Shown here in pieces: positions 1-8,333 of a stretch of DNA of 64,000 bases. Below the pieces are notes generated by a model, which searched no databases, had not been told where the DNA came from, and worked only from the letters and a program-made list of their open reading frames with translations. A program made the position numbers and the translations under genes. The DNA comes from Sphaerochaeta sp. (GTDB lineage: Bacteria > Spirochaetota > Spirochaetia > Sphaerochaetales > Sphaerochaetaceae): contig JAVERP010000019.1 of the NCBI GenBank assembly GCA_034007055.1, positions 398 to 64,397 of the forward strand, in the 5' to 3' direction. Each line of letters begins with the position of its first letter. The first letter of the stretch is position 1.

Positions 1-322
1 TGCACTTGCTGATGGGAATCAGGATCTTGTGGGCCTTGCTCTGCGAGATGGCGGAGGCCATCACCGGTGTGATCTCCCCATGCAGGGAGTCCGCTGCGAT
101 GAGCCCCAGAGGCCCGATGATGACATCGGCATCACGGGAGGCGACCACCACAGGGTTCTCCCCTGTTGCAGTGGCACTTGCACCGCTACGGAGCATCGCA
201 CTCGCTGCCATGCCGTTGGTCCCTATGGCTAGAATTTCAAGGCTAGGGTGGACTTTCCTGATCGCTTCGACCAGGGCCTTTCCCAAGCTTCCGCCCTGTC
301 CATCTATGATAACTACTTTCAT
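1..322 (-). CDS. DUF3842 family protein, N-terminal part (gene runs off the left edge)
   Basis: Manual minus-strand translation from ATG 322..320 stays open to position 1: MKVVIIDGQGGSLGKALVEAIRKVHPSLEILAIGTNGMAASAMLRSGASATATGENPVVVASRDADVIIGPLGLIAADSLHGEITPVMASAISQSKAHKILIPISKC. Resembles DUF3842 N-termini as I recall them. Missing from the ORF track because there is no in-window stop. Confidence 0.55.
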   Translation of the reverse strand, partial: MKVVIIDGQGGSLGKALVEAIRKVHPSLEILAIGTNGMAASAMLRSGASATATGENPVVVASRDADVIIGPLGLIAADSLHGEITPVMASAISQSKAHKILIPISKC

Positions 323-419
323 CGTCTTCTCCATGCTGGAAAAAAGTATAGGCCAGATAGGGCTTTTCTTCCAGATGCAGGAGAGCTTTATGCCCTTGCA
401 ACCTCAATTACTTGCAGAT

Positions 420-1142
420 ATGCCCACTTCCTTGTACCATGACCTCATGCAATCCCTAAAAAAAGAACGGCTGTCGGTCATGGTTGTCGCCGCCATCAAG
501 AAGATGATAGAAACGGAGAACCTCCAGCCTGGAGACAAGCTCTACAGTGAAAAACAACTTTCGGAAAAGCTGGAGGTGAGCCGCTCTTCCATACGCGAGG
601 CGTTGCGCATGCTTGAGGTCTCAGGCCTTATCAAGGTCCACCAGGGCAAAGGGGTCTTCATCACCGAGCCCCCCCAAGGTGAGAAGCCTGTCATGAGCTG
701 GGTCGTTGAGAATGCCGACTCCCTGCGCGAGCATTTTGAGGTTCGCCTCCTTATCGAACCCCATGCTGCAGAGATGGCCAGTACCAGGGCAGATGAGAAG
801 GATATCAAGACACTGCATGAACTATTGCAGACCTTTGAGGAGCATGTACGCTCAGGGGATGTGCATCAGGCCATTGCAACCGACGGGGCTTTCCACCTTG
901 CGGTGGCCAAGGCCACGCGCAACAGGACCCTCATCGTGCTGATGCGCACCATGGAGCAGACCCTCAATGAGGGGTGGTATGCCAGCTTGCACGTACCAGG
1001 TCGTCTGGCTTCCTCCATAGAGGAGCACGGCTCACTTATGCGTGCCATAGAGACACACGATGCCAAGGCAGCGGGCCAGGCAATGGAAAGCCACTTGCAG
1101 AATGCACTCTCCGATATCCAGCAATATTTCGGAACTCTGTAA
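420..1142 (+). CDS. GntR/FadR-type transcriptional regulator (winged HTH + FCD-like domain)
   Basis: Last ~240 aa of ORF 6..1142. KLYSEKQLSEKLEVSRSSIREALRMLEVSGLIKVHQGKGVFI is a GntR-type HTH, followed by a helical FCD-like C-terminus. ATG 420 chosen (alternatives 375, 390, 447). The first ~120 codons of the track ORF are antisense to the DUF3842 gene and not credible. Confidence 0.85.
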   Translation: MPTSLYHDLMQSLKKERLSVMVVAAIKKMIETENLQPGDKLYSEKQLSEKLEVSRSSIREALRMLEVSGLIKVHQGKGVFITEPPQGEKPVMSWVVENADSLREHFEVRLLIEPHAAEMASTRADEKDIKTLHELLQTFEEHVRSGDVHQAIATDGAFHLAVAKATRNRTLIVLMRTMEQTLNEGWYASLHVPGRLASSIEEHGSLMRAIETHDAKAAGQAMESHLQNALSDIQQYFGTL

Positions 1143-1150
1143 AATATAGT

Positions 1151-1199
1151 TTGACAAAAGGCATGCAGTGGGTATAGAGTAATCCTAACTTGTCAGACA
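1151..1199 (+). promoter_or_regulatory. Putative sigma-70 promoter (TTGACA-16-TATAGA) plus GntR-type operator TGTCAGACA
   Basis: TTGACA at 1151..1156 and TATAGA at 1173..1178. Perfect inverted repeat TGTC-A-GACA at 1191..1199 fits the GT-N-AC core of GntR-family operators. Lies between the regulator gene and the MBL/GntP genes. Confidence 0.4.
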
Positions 1200-1232
1200 T
1201 CTGATGGGTTAATCCACCAATGCAGGAACATC

Positions 1233-2078
1233 ATGCCAATACAGATAACGACACTTATGGAAAATAGCCTCGGAGAACATACCGCACTGAAGACGGAGCA
1301 TGGCCTCTCCTTTCTTGTGGAGACACCGGATGCTGCGGTCCTTTTTGACCTTGGGCAGAGTGGAGCATTCCTGGACAATGCCCAGCGGCTTTGCAAGGAT
1401 TTGTCTGGTGTAACGGACGTGGTGCTCAGCCATGGCCACTATGACCACACCGGAGGCCTGAGGCCCTTTGTAGAGAGCAGAGGAACACAGGGGTATACCC
1501 TGTGGACAGGGGAGGGCTTCTTCGTTAAGAAATACGGAGCCTTCAACGCCTCCTACCAATACCTGGGCAATGACTTTTCAAAGAGCTACCTTGCACAGCA
1601 AGGCATAGCGCACAAGACCCTTACAAAAAAACGCACGCAGATAGCCCCCAAGATATGGGTTGCAACAGACTTTTCCCGTACCCACACCCTGGAGGTTCCA
1701 AACCCCAGGTTCGTGAAGCGGGAGGAGGGCTCCATCTTTTTCACTCCTGATGATTTTTCTGATGAGGTCATGCTGGTCCTGGAGACAAAAAGGGGCCTGG
1801 TGGTCCTGGTTGGGTGCGCACACCCCGGGATGCTGAACATGCTCGACTCCGTTGAGCACTCCTTCGGACAACCTGTCTATGCCCTGTTGGGTGGGACCCA
1901 CCTGGTCGAAGCCGATGAGGGGCGGACGCGCGATACCCTCAGGAACTTTTTTGAGCGGGGCATCTCGCTGCTGGGCCTCTCCCACTGTTCGGGGGAGAGG
2001 GCGATAGAGCTCTCCCTGCAACAGTCGCATATCAATTTCCGTAGCTGCACAGGGTCAACAATTATCCTAGAGGGATAA
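1233..2078 (+). CDS. MBL-fold metallo-hydrolase
   Basis: 281 aa. Metallo-beta-lactamase HxHxDH motif (VLSHGHYDHTGG). Same strand as, and adjacent to, the GntP-like permease. Confidence 0.8.
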   Translation: MPIQITTLMENSLGEHTALKTEHGLSFLVETPDAAVLFDLGQSGAFLDNAQRLCKDLSGVTDVVLSHGHYDHTGGLRPFVESRGTQGYTLWTGEGFFVKKYGAFNASYQYLGNDFSKSYLAQQGIAHKTLTKKRTQIAPKIWVATDFSRTHTLEVPNPRFVKREEGSIFFTPDDFSDEVMLVLETKRGLVVLVGCAHPGMLNMLDSVEHSFGQPVYALLGGTHLVEADEGRTRDTLRNFFERGISLLGLSHCSGERAIELSLQQSHINFRSCTGSTIILEG

Positions 2079-2107
2079 TGAACATATAGGTTTAGGAGGA
2101 CGAGAAC

Positions 2108-3451
2108 ATGGCAGGTTGGTATCTGTTCCTGGTAATTATTGTTGCTATCGTAGGAATGGTGCTCTTGATTTCAAAATTCAAGTGGCACCCATTCATCGTT
2201 TTGTTGCTTTCTGGGTATTTTGTAGGGATCCTGGCTGGCATCCCAGTAGATACGCTGATCACCACCCTTACTTCCGGATTTGGATCAATTCTGGGAAGCA
2301 TCGGTATTGTCATCATATCCGGTACCATAATCGGCACCATTCTGGAGAAGACCGGGGCTGCCCTGACCATGGCAAACACCATCCTCAATGTGGTGGGGAA
2401 GAAACGGGCGCCTCTTACCATGAGCCTCACCGGCTACATCGTAAGCATCCCTGTATTCTGTGACTCAGGCTTTGTCATCCTCTCACCCATCAACAGGGCC
2501 CTTGCCGCCAAATCCGGCATATCGCTCGCTGTGATGGCAACCTGCCTCAGCTCCGGGCTCTATGCCACCCACTGTCTGGTACCTCCGACCCCCGGCCCGA
2601 TCATCATGGCTGGAACGCTCAACGCCGACCTTGGCCTGGTCATCATTGTCGGCCTTCTGGTCTCCATTCCTGTCATGTTGGTAGGGTACCTCTACGCCCT
2701 GAAGATCTCCAGCAAGTTTGACATTCCTGCCAACCCCGAGGTCTCCTTGGAAGAGCTGGTGGATAAATATGGCAAGCTTCCCAATGCCTTCAGGTCCTTT
2801 GCCCCGATTCTGCTTCCCATCATTCTCATCGCCCTGAAATCCATTGCGGACTTCCCCTCAGCCATTTTCGGAACCGGAGCGGCAAAAAGCTTCTTTGACT
2901 TCATCGGTAATCCTGTCACTGCACTTCTCTTTGGTGTGGGACTTGCCGTCACCCTGATTCCCAAAACTGAAAAGAAGGGGACCTCCTTTAACTGGATCAG
3001 CGATGGAATACAGAGCTCTGCAAGTATCCTTGCCATCACCGGAGCCGGTGGTGCCTTGGGTGCCGTGCTCAAAAGCCTGCCCATCGCGGAGATACTCTCC
3101 GGCAGCCTGATGCAGATGAATGCAGGCCTGTTGATCCCCTTCATCATCGCAGCTCTGCTCAAGACAGCGATGGGAGCCTCCACCGTCGCCATGATCGTCA
3201 CCTCCGCCATGATGGCACCCCTGATGGGACAGCTTGGCTGGACAAGCGAGATGGCCAAGGTGCTCGCCCTGCTGGCGATAGGAGCCGGTTCGATGACCGT
3301 CTCCCATGCCAACGACAGCTACTTCTGGGTTGTTTCGCAGTTCTCCGATATGGATACGGCTACAGCCTACAAGACACAGACCGGTGTGACGTTGGTACAG
3401 GGGATAACCACCCTTATCATCCTGATGATTCTGGGTATCTTCTTCCTGTAG
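2108..3451 (+). CDS. GntP-family permease (gluconate/organic-acid:H+ symporter type)
   Basis: 447 aa polytopic membrane protein. Blocks GTIIGTILEKTGAA and VSIPVFCDSGFVILSPI are typical of GntP transporters as I recall them. Confidence 0.85.
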   Translation: MAGWYLFLVIIVAIVGMVLLISKFKWHPFIVLLLSGYFVGILAGIPVDTLITTLTSGFGSILGSIGIVIISGTIIGTILEKTGAALTMANTILNVVGKKRAPLTMSLTGYIVSIPVFCDSGFVILSPINRALAAKSGISLAVMATCLSSGLYATHCLVPPTPGPIIMAGTLNADLGLVIIVGLLVSIPVMLVGYLYALKISSKFDIPANPEVSLEELVDKYGKLPNAFRSFAPILLPIILIALKSIADFPSAIFGTGAAKSFFDFIGNPVTALLFGVGLAVTLIPKTEKKGTSFNWISDGIQSSASILAITGAGGALGAVLKSLPIAEILSGSLMQMNAGLLIPFIIAALLKTAMGASTVAMIVTSAMMAPLMGQLGWTSEMAKVLALLAIGAGSMTVSHANDSYFWVVSQFSDMDTATAYKTQTGVTLVQGITTLIILMILGIFFL

Positions 3452-3473
3452 CAGATGCTATGATTGTCCTTAT

Positions 3474-3498
3474 GGTGCCGCTAAGCTCTAGCGGCACC
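3474..3498 (+). terminator. Stem-loop after the GntP-like gene (possible intrinsic terminator)
   Basis: Perfect 10-bp stem GGTGCCGCTA / TAGCGGCACC with a 5-nt loop, 23 nt after the stop. Followed only by a weak T tract (ATGTTTCG). Confidence 0.4.
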
Positions 3499-3522
3499 AT
3501 GTTTCGATACAAGGAGTGGGGT

Positions 3523-4167
3523 ATGGATCCAATTGCATGGTACTATCAGAGAAGAACCCTCAATGCCATGGTGCAGAACAGATGGCAAGAGGCCGAACGC
3601 TTCATGCTCAAGCAGATCGCACGGCAGGGGAGCTCTATGGGGCTGCAGTACAACCTTGCCCTCATCTATCTTGGACAGGAGCGCAAGGATGAGGCGTATG
3701 AGACCTTGCTCGCATGCTCCGAAATGTATGGAGAGAGCCTACGCCTGTGCAGGATGCTCGGGGATATCCAATACATCCATGGCGATCGTCTTGATGCCTT
3801 GGCCTGGTACAACACCGCCTTGAAAGACAGCCCGGACGAGAAGGAAGCCAACCTCATCACCCAGAGGGTGCAGATCCTCCTTGATGAGCAACGCTACCAG
3901 AGGGTGCTGGCAAACCATGCGGATGTCGAGCTGGCCCGGCTTCTGTTTGCTTCCAAACCTGAACAGGCTCTGGAGCTCTACCTACGCGTGGTTGAGGATG
4001 ACCCTACCCATGTGGAGGCCCTGAACAATCTGGGTTCCCTCTATCTTGATGAGTTTCATGACGCACCTGAGGCTGAGGCCTGTTTTGTCGAGGTGCTCGC
4101 CCTGGTCGATAGCAGCGCTGCGGCTAGGAACCTGGCCAAGGCCAGAAAAGAAAAGTCCAAAGCCTGA
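3523..4167 (+). CDS. TPR-repeat protein
   Basis: Helical repeat protein with TPR-like units (ALAWYNTALKDSPDEKEA; ALELYLRVVEDDPTHVEALNNLGSLY). ATG 3523 is preceded by AAGGAG (3511..3516). The track ORF starts earlier at 3460. Confidence 0.65.
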   Translation: MDPIAWYYQRRTLNAMVQNRWQEAERFMLKQIARQGSSMGLQYNLALIYLGQERKDEAYETLLACSEMYGESLRLCRMLGDIQYIHGDRLDALAWYNTALKDSPDEKEANLITQRVQILLDEQRYQRVLANHADVELARLLFASKPEQALELYLRVVEDDPTHVEALNNLGSLYLDEFHDAPEAEACFVEVLALVDSSAAARNLAKARKEKSKA

Positions 4168-4186
4168 TGGTGTAAGGGTGAAATCC

Positions 4187-4792
4187 CTACATCCTCTTCT
4201 TATCGAGGCCTATCAGATAGATTTCAAAGGAGTCATCCCTGCAAGCCTTAGGCTTGAAGGGCTTCACCTTGGTGAAGAAGGTGCGCATATCCTTGATGAT
4301 GTCAACTTGGCCACCCCCTTGGAAAATCTTCACCACAAGGTTGCCATGCTCCTTCAGATGTTCCTTGGCAAGCAATATCACCTGTTCGGCAAGATACTCG
4401 CTGCGGGTGGTATCCACTGCACGATTACCCATTGTCATGGGTGCAACATCGCTGATTATCACATCGTAGGGGCCGTTTTCGACCAAAAGAGGTCGTATCT
4501 CCTTGCTGAAGGCATCCCCTACAAAGGCTGTCACCGTGGGGGGGACCGGGTCGAGGTTCAAGGGGTTGAGGTCGACTGCGATGATCCTCCCCCTCCCTTT
4601 CAGCAGTTCCTTATGGGTATAGAGGGTCCAAGAGCCTGGAGCGGCACCGACATCAAGGACATTGTCCCCGCTCTTGATGAGTTTGGTAGTCTGCTGGATC
4701 TCTTCGAGCTTGTAGACTGAACGGGCAGGGTAGCCCTCTTTGTGTGCACGTTTTGTATAGGAGTCTGCACGATCTCGTCTGCTGGTTGCCAT
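4187..4792 (-). CDS. rlmE: 23S rRNA (uridine-2'-O)-methyltransferase RlmE (FtsJ/RrmJ)
   Basis: 201 aa. N-terminal RSVYKLEEI and SAM-binding VLDVGAAPGSWT are hallmarks of the FtsJ family. Confidence 0.9.
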   Translation of the reverse strand: MATSRRDRADSYTKRAHKEGYPARSVYKLEEIQQTTKLIKSGDNVLDVGAAPGSWTLYTHKELLKGRGRIIAVDLNPLNLDPVPPTVTAFVGDAFSKEIRPLLVENGPYDVIISDVAPMTMGNRAVDTTRSEYLAEQVILLAKEHLKEHGNLVVKIFQGGGQVDIIKDMRTFFTKVKPFKPKACRDDSFEIYLIGLDKKRM

Positions 4793-4833
4793 AGAATAAG
4801 ACTATACCAAAAAAATGGTCGACCCGGAAGGGC

Positions 4834-4933
4834 AAAGAGAAGGTGCCAGCGAATTATTATGGGGTGGGGAGAGAGGTTCGCTGGCACCTAAGAAATCACA
4901 CTTTAAGGAGGTTTGAAAAAAACTGTTGCTCTA
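4834..4933 (-). ncRNA. Candidate sigma-54-dependent small RNA or 5' leader (copy 1)
   Basis: Predicted start is ~12 nt downstream of the -12 element. Minus strand reads AGAGCAACAGTTTTTTT, CAAACCTCCTTAAAG, then a perfect 12-bp stem (4888..4877 with 4853..4842) with loop CCTCTCTCCCCACCCCATAATAA, then TTCTCTTTGCCC. Same architecture as 6194..6283. Ends are approximate. Confidence 0.3.
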
Positions 4934-4943
4934 CTCAACACTA

Positions 4944-4959
4944 TGCAATAGCCGTGCCA
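4944..4959 (-). promoter_or_regulatory. Sigma-54 (-24/-12) promoter
   Basis: Minus strand reads TGGCACGGCTATTGCA: GG and GC elements with exact consensus spacing (TGGCAC-N5-TTGCA). About 150 nt upstream of the rlmE start. Confidence 0.6.
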
Positions 4960-5065
4960 ACTCCCATATACAGCCCTAAAAGCCGCCTTATATTGCTGAA
5001 AGCAGGAATCCATACCCGGATGGAGTTTTCCCCCCTGTGCAGAAAAGTAACACTCTTCTATTTCT

Positions 5066-6037
5066 TCACACCTTGTGCTTGCTTTGCATGAGATTCACTG
5101 CTTCTGACAACTCAATGCCAGCCATGCTGCCCGTTTCCTGGAACAGGAGCTTTCCCTTCCTGTCCTTGAGCGTCACCCCAATCGTTCCTATGACACTTTC
5201 CAGTATGCTCCTCTCCATATTCCCCTGGCGGGGGGCACTGAGATGGGAGGTGGGGCCCAAGGTGGCGTCGAAGGTTATCCTGTATCCCCTTTGGCTGATG
5301 GTGACTGAGGCGTGCTCCTTATCCTGTTCCAGCCTGATGACCTTGGCCCCTGTATAGGTGCCGAACCTGATGAGCTTCCCTCCTATCTGCAGGAAACCCA
5401 AAAACCCCTGGAAGGTCCTGCCAAGAAAGGGAATGTTTGCCACAGAGAGCATGCAGGCAACCTTGTCCGTGGGAAAGCAGTTGGCCTGCATCCATATCCA
5501 GGCTGAGGGGAAGGAGGAGCCCCAATCCTTCTCGATGTACCCGGTTCCCCCTGCCCCCTTGATCTCCCTCCCATTGAGCTTTAGCAGACCCTCCAGCGAG
5601 TGATGAGTTGATACCACCCCATGGAAGCACTCCATGAAGGGGACGTAGGCGTACCAGCCCATGATGCCCGGAGCCTTGAGGCTGACAGGGAACGGGGTGG
5701 GGCTGATGTGGCGTACCTCTGCTTTGAGGGTGAGCCCTTCAGCGTGGAGGTCCACTGAGATCCCATCCAGGGAAAAGTGGTTGTCCCCTATGGCGACAGC
5801 GAAGGCCTTTTTATCAGCGACGAAGGCATCAAAGGGGAAGCGCACATACCAGCTCCTGCCCTCCTTGCTGCTGATGACCTGAATGAAGGCATGGCAGTCT
5901 TCCCCCATTGCAATGCCCGGTATCAGGGCGATCACCTCATCGGGGAGGGCCATCTTGAAGTACCAGCCTTCAAAGTAGTTGTTCTTTTTGCCCCTTCCCT
6001 GGAAAACAGGAGGATGGAACAGGGTATATATGCTCAT
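5066..6037 (-). CDS. Tocopherol-cyclase-like family protein
   Basis: 323 aa. N-terminal NNYFEGWYFKM resembles the FEGWYF signature I associate with the tocopherol cyclase family (PF14249). SD GAGGAG lies upstream of the ATG. Confidence 0.55.
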   Translation of the reverse strand: MSIYTLFHPPVFQGRGKKNNYFEGWYFKMALPDEVIALIPGIAMGEDCHAFIQVISSKEGRSWYVRFPFDAFVADKKAFAVAIGDNHFSLDGISVDLHAEGLTLKAEVRHISPTPFPVSLKAPGIMGWYAYVPFMECFHGVVSTHHSLEGLLKLNGREIKGAGGTGYIEKDWGSSFPSAWIWMQANCFPTDKVACMLSVANIPFLGRTFQGFLGFLQIGGKLIRFGTYTGAKVIRLEQDKEHASVTISQRGYRITFDATLGPTSHLSAPRQGNMERSILESVIGTIGVTLKDRKGKLLFQETGSMAGIELSEAVNLMQSKHKV

Positions 6038-6193
6038 ATGTGCTCCTCATGATTGCGTTCATTGCTCTTTTTTTAGGACAGCGGTATTGCCGATAGGGTC
6101 CATTGTAGCAACACTTGTGCTTGGGCGAAACAAAAAAGGGCCTTCTTTCCCCTTGCCGAACCACTTTTTCTCAAATGATAGGATTTTGAGCAG

Positions 6194-6283
6194 ACAAAAG
6201 GAGGGTGCCAGAAGAGGATTGGGATATCTTCTAGGCACCCTGTCGTTGTAAAAGGAGGAGTATGAAAAAACTGTTGCTCTGTG
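6194..6283 (-). ncRNA. Candidate sigma-54-dependent small RNA or 5' leader (copy 2)
   Basis: Minus strand reads CACAGAGCAACAGTTTTTT, CATACTCCTCCTTTTAC, then a 13-bp stem with one bulge (6240..6227 with 6215..6203) and loop TATCCCAATCC, then TCCTTTTGTCTG. Paralogous to 4834..4933. Ends are approximate. Confidence 0.3.
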
Positions 6284-6293
6284 ATAATACACA

Positions 6294-6309
6294 TGCAAGG
6301 AGCGTGCCA
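6294..6309 (-). promoter_or_regulatory. Sigma-54 (-24/-12) promoter
   Basis: Minus strand reads TGGCACGCTCCTTGCA, with exact TGGCAC-N5-TTGCA spacing. About 260 nt upstream of the tocopherol-cyclase-like gene. Confidence 0.6.
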
Positions 6310-6440
6310 ACTTTTATAGGGCATTAGAGCACCCTGATGCAGGTTTGCCTACCTCTGGCTGTGTAAAAAATTCACACACATTGTATTCGCGCAGTTCTTA
6401 CACAATTGACGAAGGGTCATTTGCTCTATACTTTATGTGC

Positions 6441-7079
6441 ATGAACAAGAAAAGTATCCTCAACCGGAGATTTAAGAATAACTCCTATACGAATGTCACC
6501 CTCAAGCTGGTGATCATCAACGCCCTGATTTACCTGCTTACCAGCATGGTCTACCCGCGCAGCGCCTACTACCTGGCGATGATACCCTCCTTTGTGCTGG
6601 GAGGGTATATCTGGCAGCCTTTCACCTACATGTTTGTCCATGGGGGATTCTCCCATCTCCTGTTCAACATGATAAGCCTCTACCTGTTTGGGACCATGGT
6701 CGAACAGCGAGTCGGCAGCAAGGAGTTTATCCTCTTCTACCTGCTGGCAGGGCTGTTCAGCGGTATTGTCAGCCTTATCAGCTACATCCTGGCAGGGACC
6801 AATGTCATCCTCGTCGGTGCCTCGGGTGCCATCTACGGGGTGCTGTTCATGTTCGCCGTATTCTATCCCTATGCAAGGGTTTTCGTCTTTGGCCTCATAC
6901 CGCTACGAGCCCCCACCCTGGTCATCCTCTACACCGGCATTGAGCTCTACAGCCAGGTCTTCAGCAGGGGGGGCAACGTAGCCCACCTCACCCACCTCAG
7001 TGGGTTGCTGTTCGCCTATCTCTACTGTCTGGTCAGGATGAAGATCAATCCGATAGAGGTCTTCAAGCGTACACGCTAG
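6441..7079 (+). CDS. Rhomboid-family intramembrane serine protease
   Basis: Multi-TM protein with HGGFSHLLFNM, catalytic GASGAIYG (GxSG) and downstream AHLTHLSG histidine. ATG 6441 (MNKKSIL) preferred over the track start at 6345. Confidence 0.85.
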   Translation: MNKKSILNRRFKNNSYTNVTLKLVIINALIYLLTSMVYPRSAYYLAMIPSFVLGGYIWQPFTYMFVHGGFSHLLFNMISLYLFGTMVEQRVGSKEFILFYLLAGLFSGIVSLISYILAGTNVILVGASGAIYGVLFMFAVFYPYARVFVFGLIPLRAPTLVILYTGIELYSQVFSRGGNVAHLTHLSGLLFAYLYCLVRMKINPIEVFKRTR

Positions 7080-8161
7080 TCCAGGATGCCGTACTCGGTG
7101 CGGATCGCCTGATACCCCTTCTTGATGACGGTATAGATGATGTCCAGCTTCTGGTCATGGTGTATGAAGGCTGACTTCATCGCATTGATCGTAATCTTTT
7201 CCAGGTCGCGTAGGGTCAGGTTGTAGTACTCAACGGCAACCTCCATCTCGCGGGTGAGGGTGGTGTCGCTCATCAGGCGGTTGTCCGAGCAGAGGAACAC
7301 CCTGAACTGGTTACGCAGGAAGATGGGGAAGGGGTGGTGTGCATAGTCGGAGGCGACTCCGGTTCCTATGTTGCTGGTCAGGCACATCTCCATCGGGATG
7401 CGTCGGTCGCGGATGAAGTTTGCAAGCGACCCCGTCTCCTCGATATAGGTTCCCTCGAGCGTCATATCCTCGATGAGGCGGGTCCCATGCCCGATCCTAT
7501 GGGCTCCACAGAGTTGCACAGCCTGCCATATGGACTCCACGCCAAAAGCTTCGCCTGCGTGGATGGTTATGTTGAAGTTCTTGTTGCGGATGTATTGGAA
7601 GGCCTGGAGATGCTTCTTCGGCGGGTAGCCGCTTTCGTCCCCTGCCAGGTCGAAGCCCACAACGCCCCGGTCACAGAAGGCGACCGCCAGTTCCGCCGTG
7701 GCAAGGGAGAGGGCGGAGCTCTGGTTGCGCATTGCACAGAGGATGAGGCCCGTGGGCATGCCCGTCTCTTTTTTCCCCCTCTGCAGGCCGTCAAGGACAG
7801 CCTGGACAGCATCGCCGGGGGAGAGGCCCTGTTCCAGGTGCAGGTTGGGGGCAAAGCGGATCTCTGCATAGCAGACATGCTCCCTGGCAAGGTCCTCCAC
7901 AGCCTCAAAGGCTACGCGCTCAAGCGCTGCAGCACTTTGCAAGACGCTGAGGGTGACCGAAAAAGTCTCCAGGTAGAGTGAAAGGCTTTTCTGTCTGCAC
8001 CCTCTTACAAACCAGGAATGAAGTTCCTGCTCGTCATCAGAGGGTAGGGAAACCCCATATTCCTGTGCCAATTCAAGGATGGTCCTGATGCGCATTCCAC
8101 CGTCAAGATGGTCGTGCAACTCGACTTTGGGTACTTGCTGGATAATTTCTTTTGTCAACAT
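7076..8161 (-). CDS. add: Adenosine deaminase
   Basis: 361 aa. N-terminal PKVELHDHLDGG metal-binding motif and overall length are typical of adenosine deaminase. Confidence 0.9.
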   Translation of the reverse strand: MLTKEIIQQVPKVELHDHLDGGMRIRTILELAQEYGVSLPSDDEQELHSWFVRGCRQKSLSLYLETFSVTLSVLQSAAALERVAFEAVEDLAREHVCYAEIRFAPNLHLEQGLSPGDAVQAVLDGLQRGKKETGMPTGLILCAMRNQSSALSLATAELAVAFCDRGVVGFDLAGDESGYPPKKHLQAFQYIRNKNFNITIHAGEAFGVESIWQAVQLCGAHRIGHGTRLIEDMTLEGTYIEETGSLANFIRDRRIPMEMCLTSNIGTGVASDYAHHPFPIFLRNQFRVFLCSDNRLMSDTTLTREMEVAVEYYNLTLRDLEKITINAMKSAFIHHDQKLDIIYTVIKKGYQAIRTEYGILD

Positions 8162-8333
8162 GGCCTCATCATACTACAAACCTGTATTGGTACGCAAATT
8201 GAAAAGGGGACATTTGAAATACAAACCCTCCCTTTCTGTCAATGATAGTGTACTGCCCTGTACAATTTGTCGGAATATTGAGATACTATAGATACGTAAA
8301 AGTAAATGAAACAATGAGTAAGGAGATTTTACC

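Noticed and set aside
6-419. N-terminal ~138 codons of the 378-aa track ORF 6..1142.
   Set aside because: This part is antisense to a convincing DUF3842 gene (1..322) and has no similarity to GntR regulators, which are ~230-240 aa. The real start is most likely at 420 (or 375/390).
6262-6327. Plus-strand 21-codon ORF MKKLLLCDNTHARSVPTFIGH preceded by AAAGGAGGAG.
   Set aside because: The paralogous locus at 4905..4960 keeps the nucleotide blocks, but it has TTG only 1 nt after GGAGG and an extra A that changes the frame (12 codons, unrelated tail). Conservation is therefore at the DNA/RNA level. The strictly conserved parts coincide with the minus-strand sigma-54 -24/-12 elements.
6345-6440. 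32-codon N-terminal extension of the rhomboid ORF.
   Set aside because: The extension uses a non-ATG start and is not hydrophobic or conserved-looking. ATG 6441 gives the usual basic N-terminus followed by TM1.
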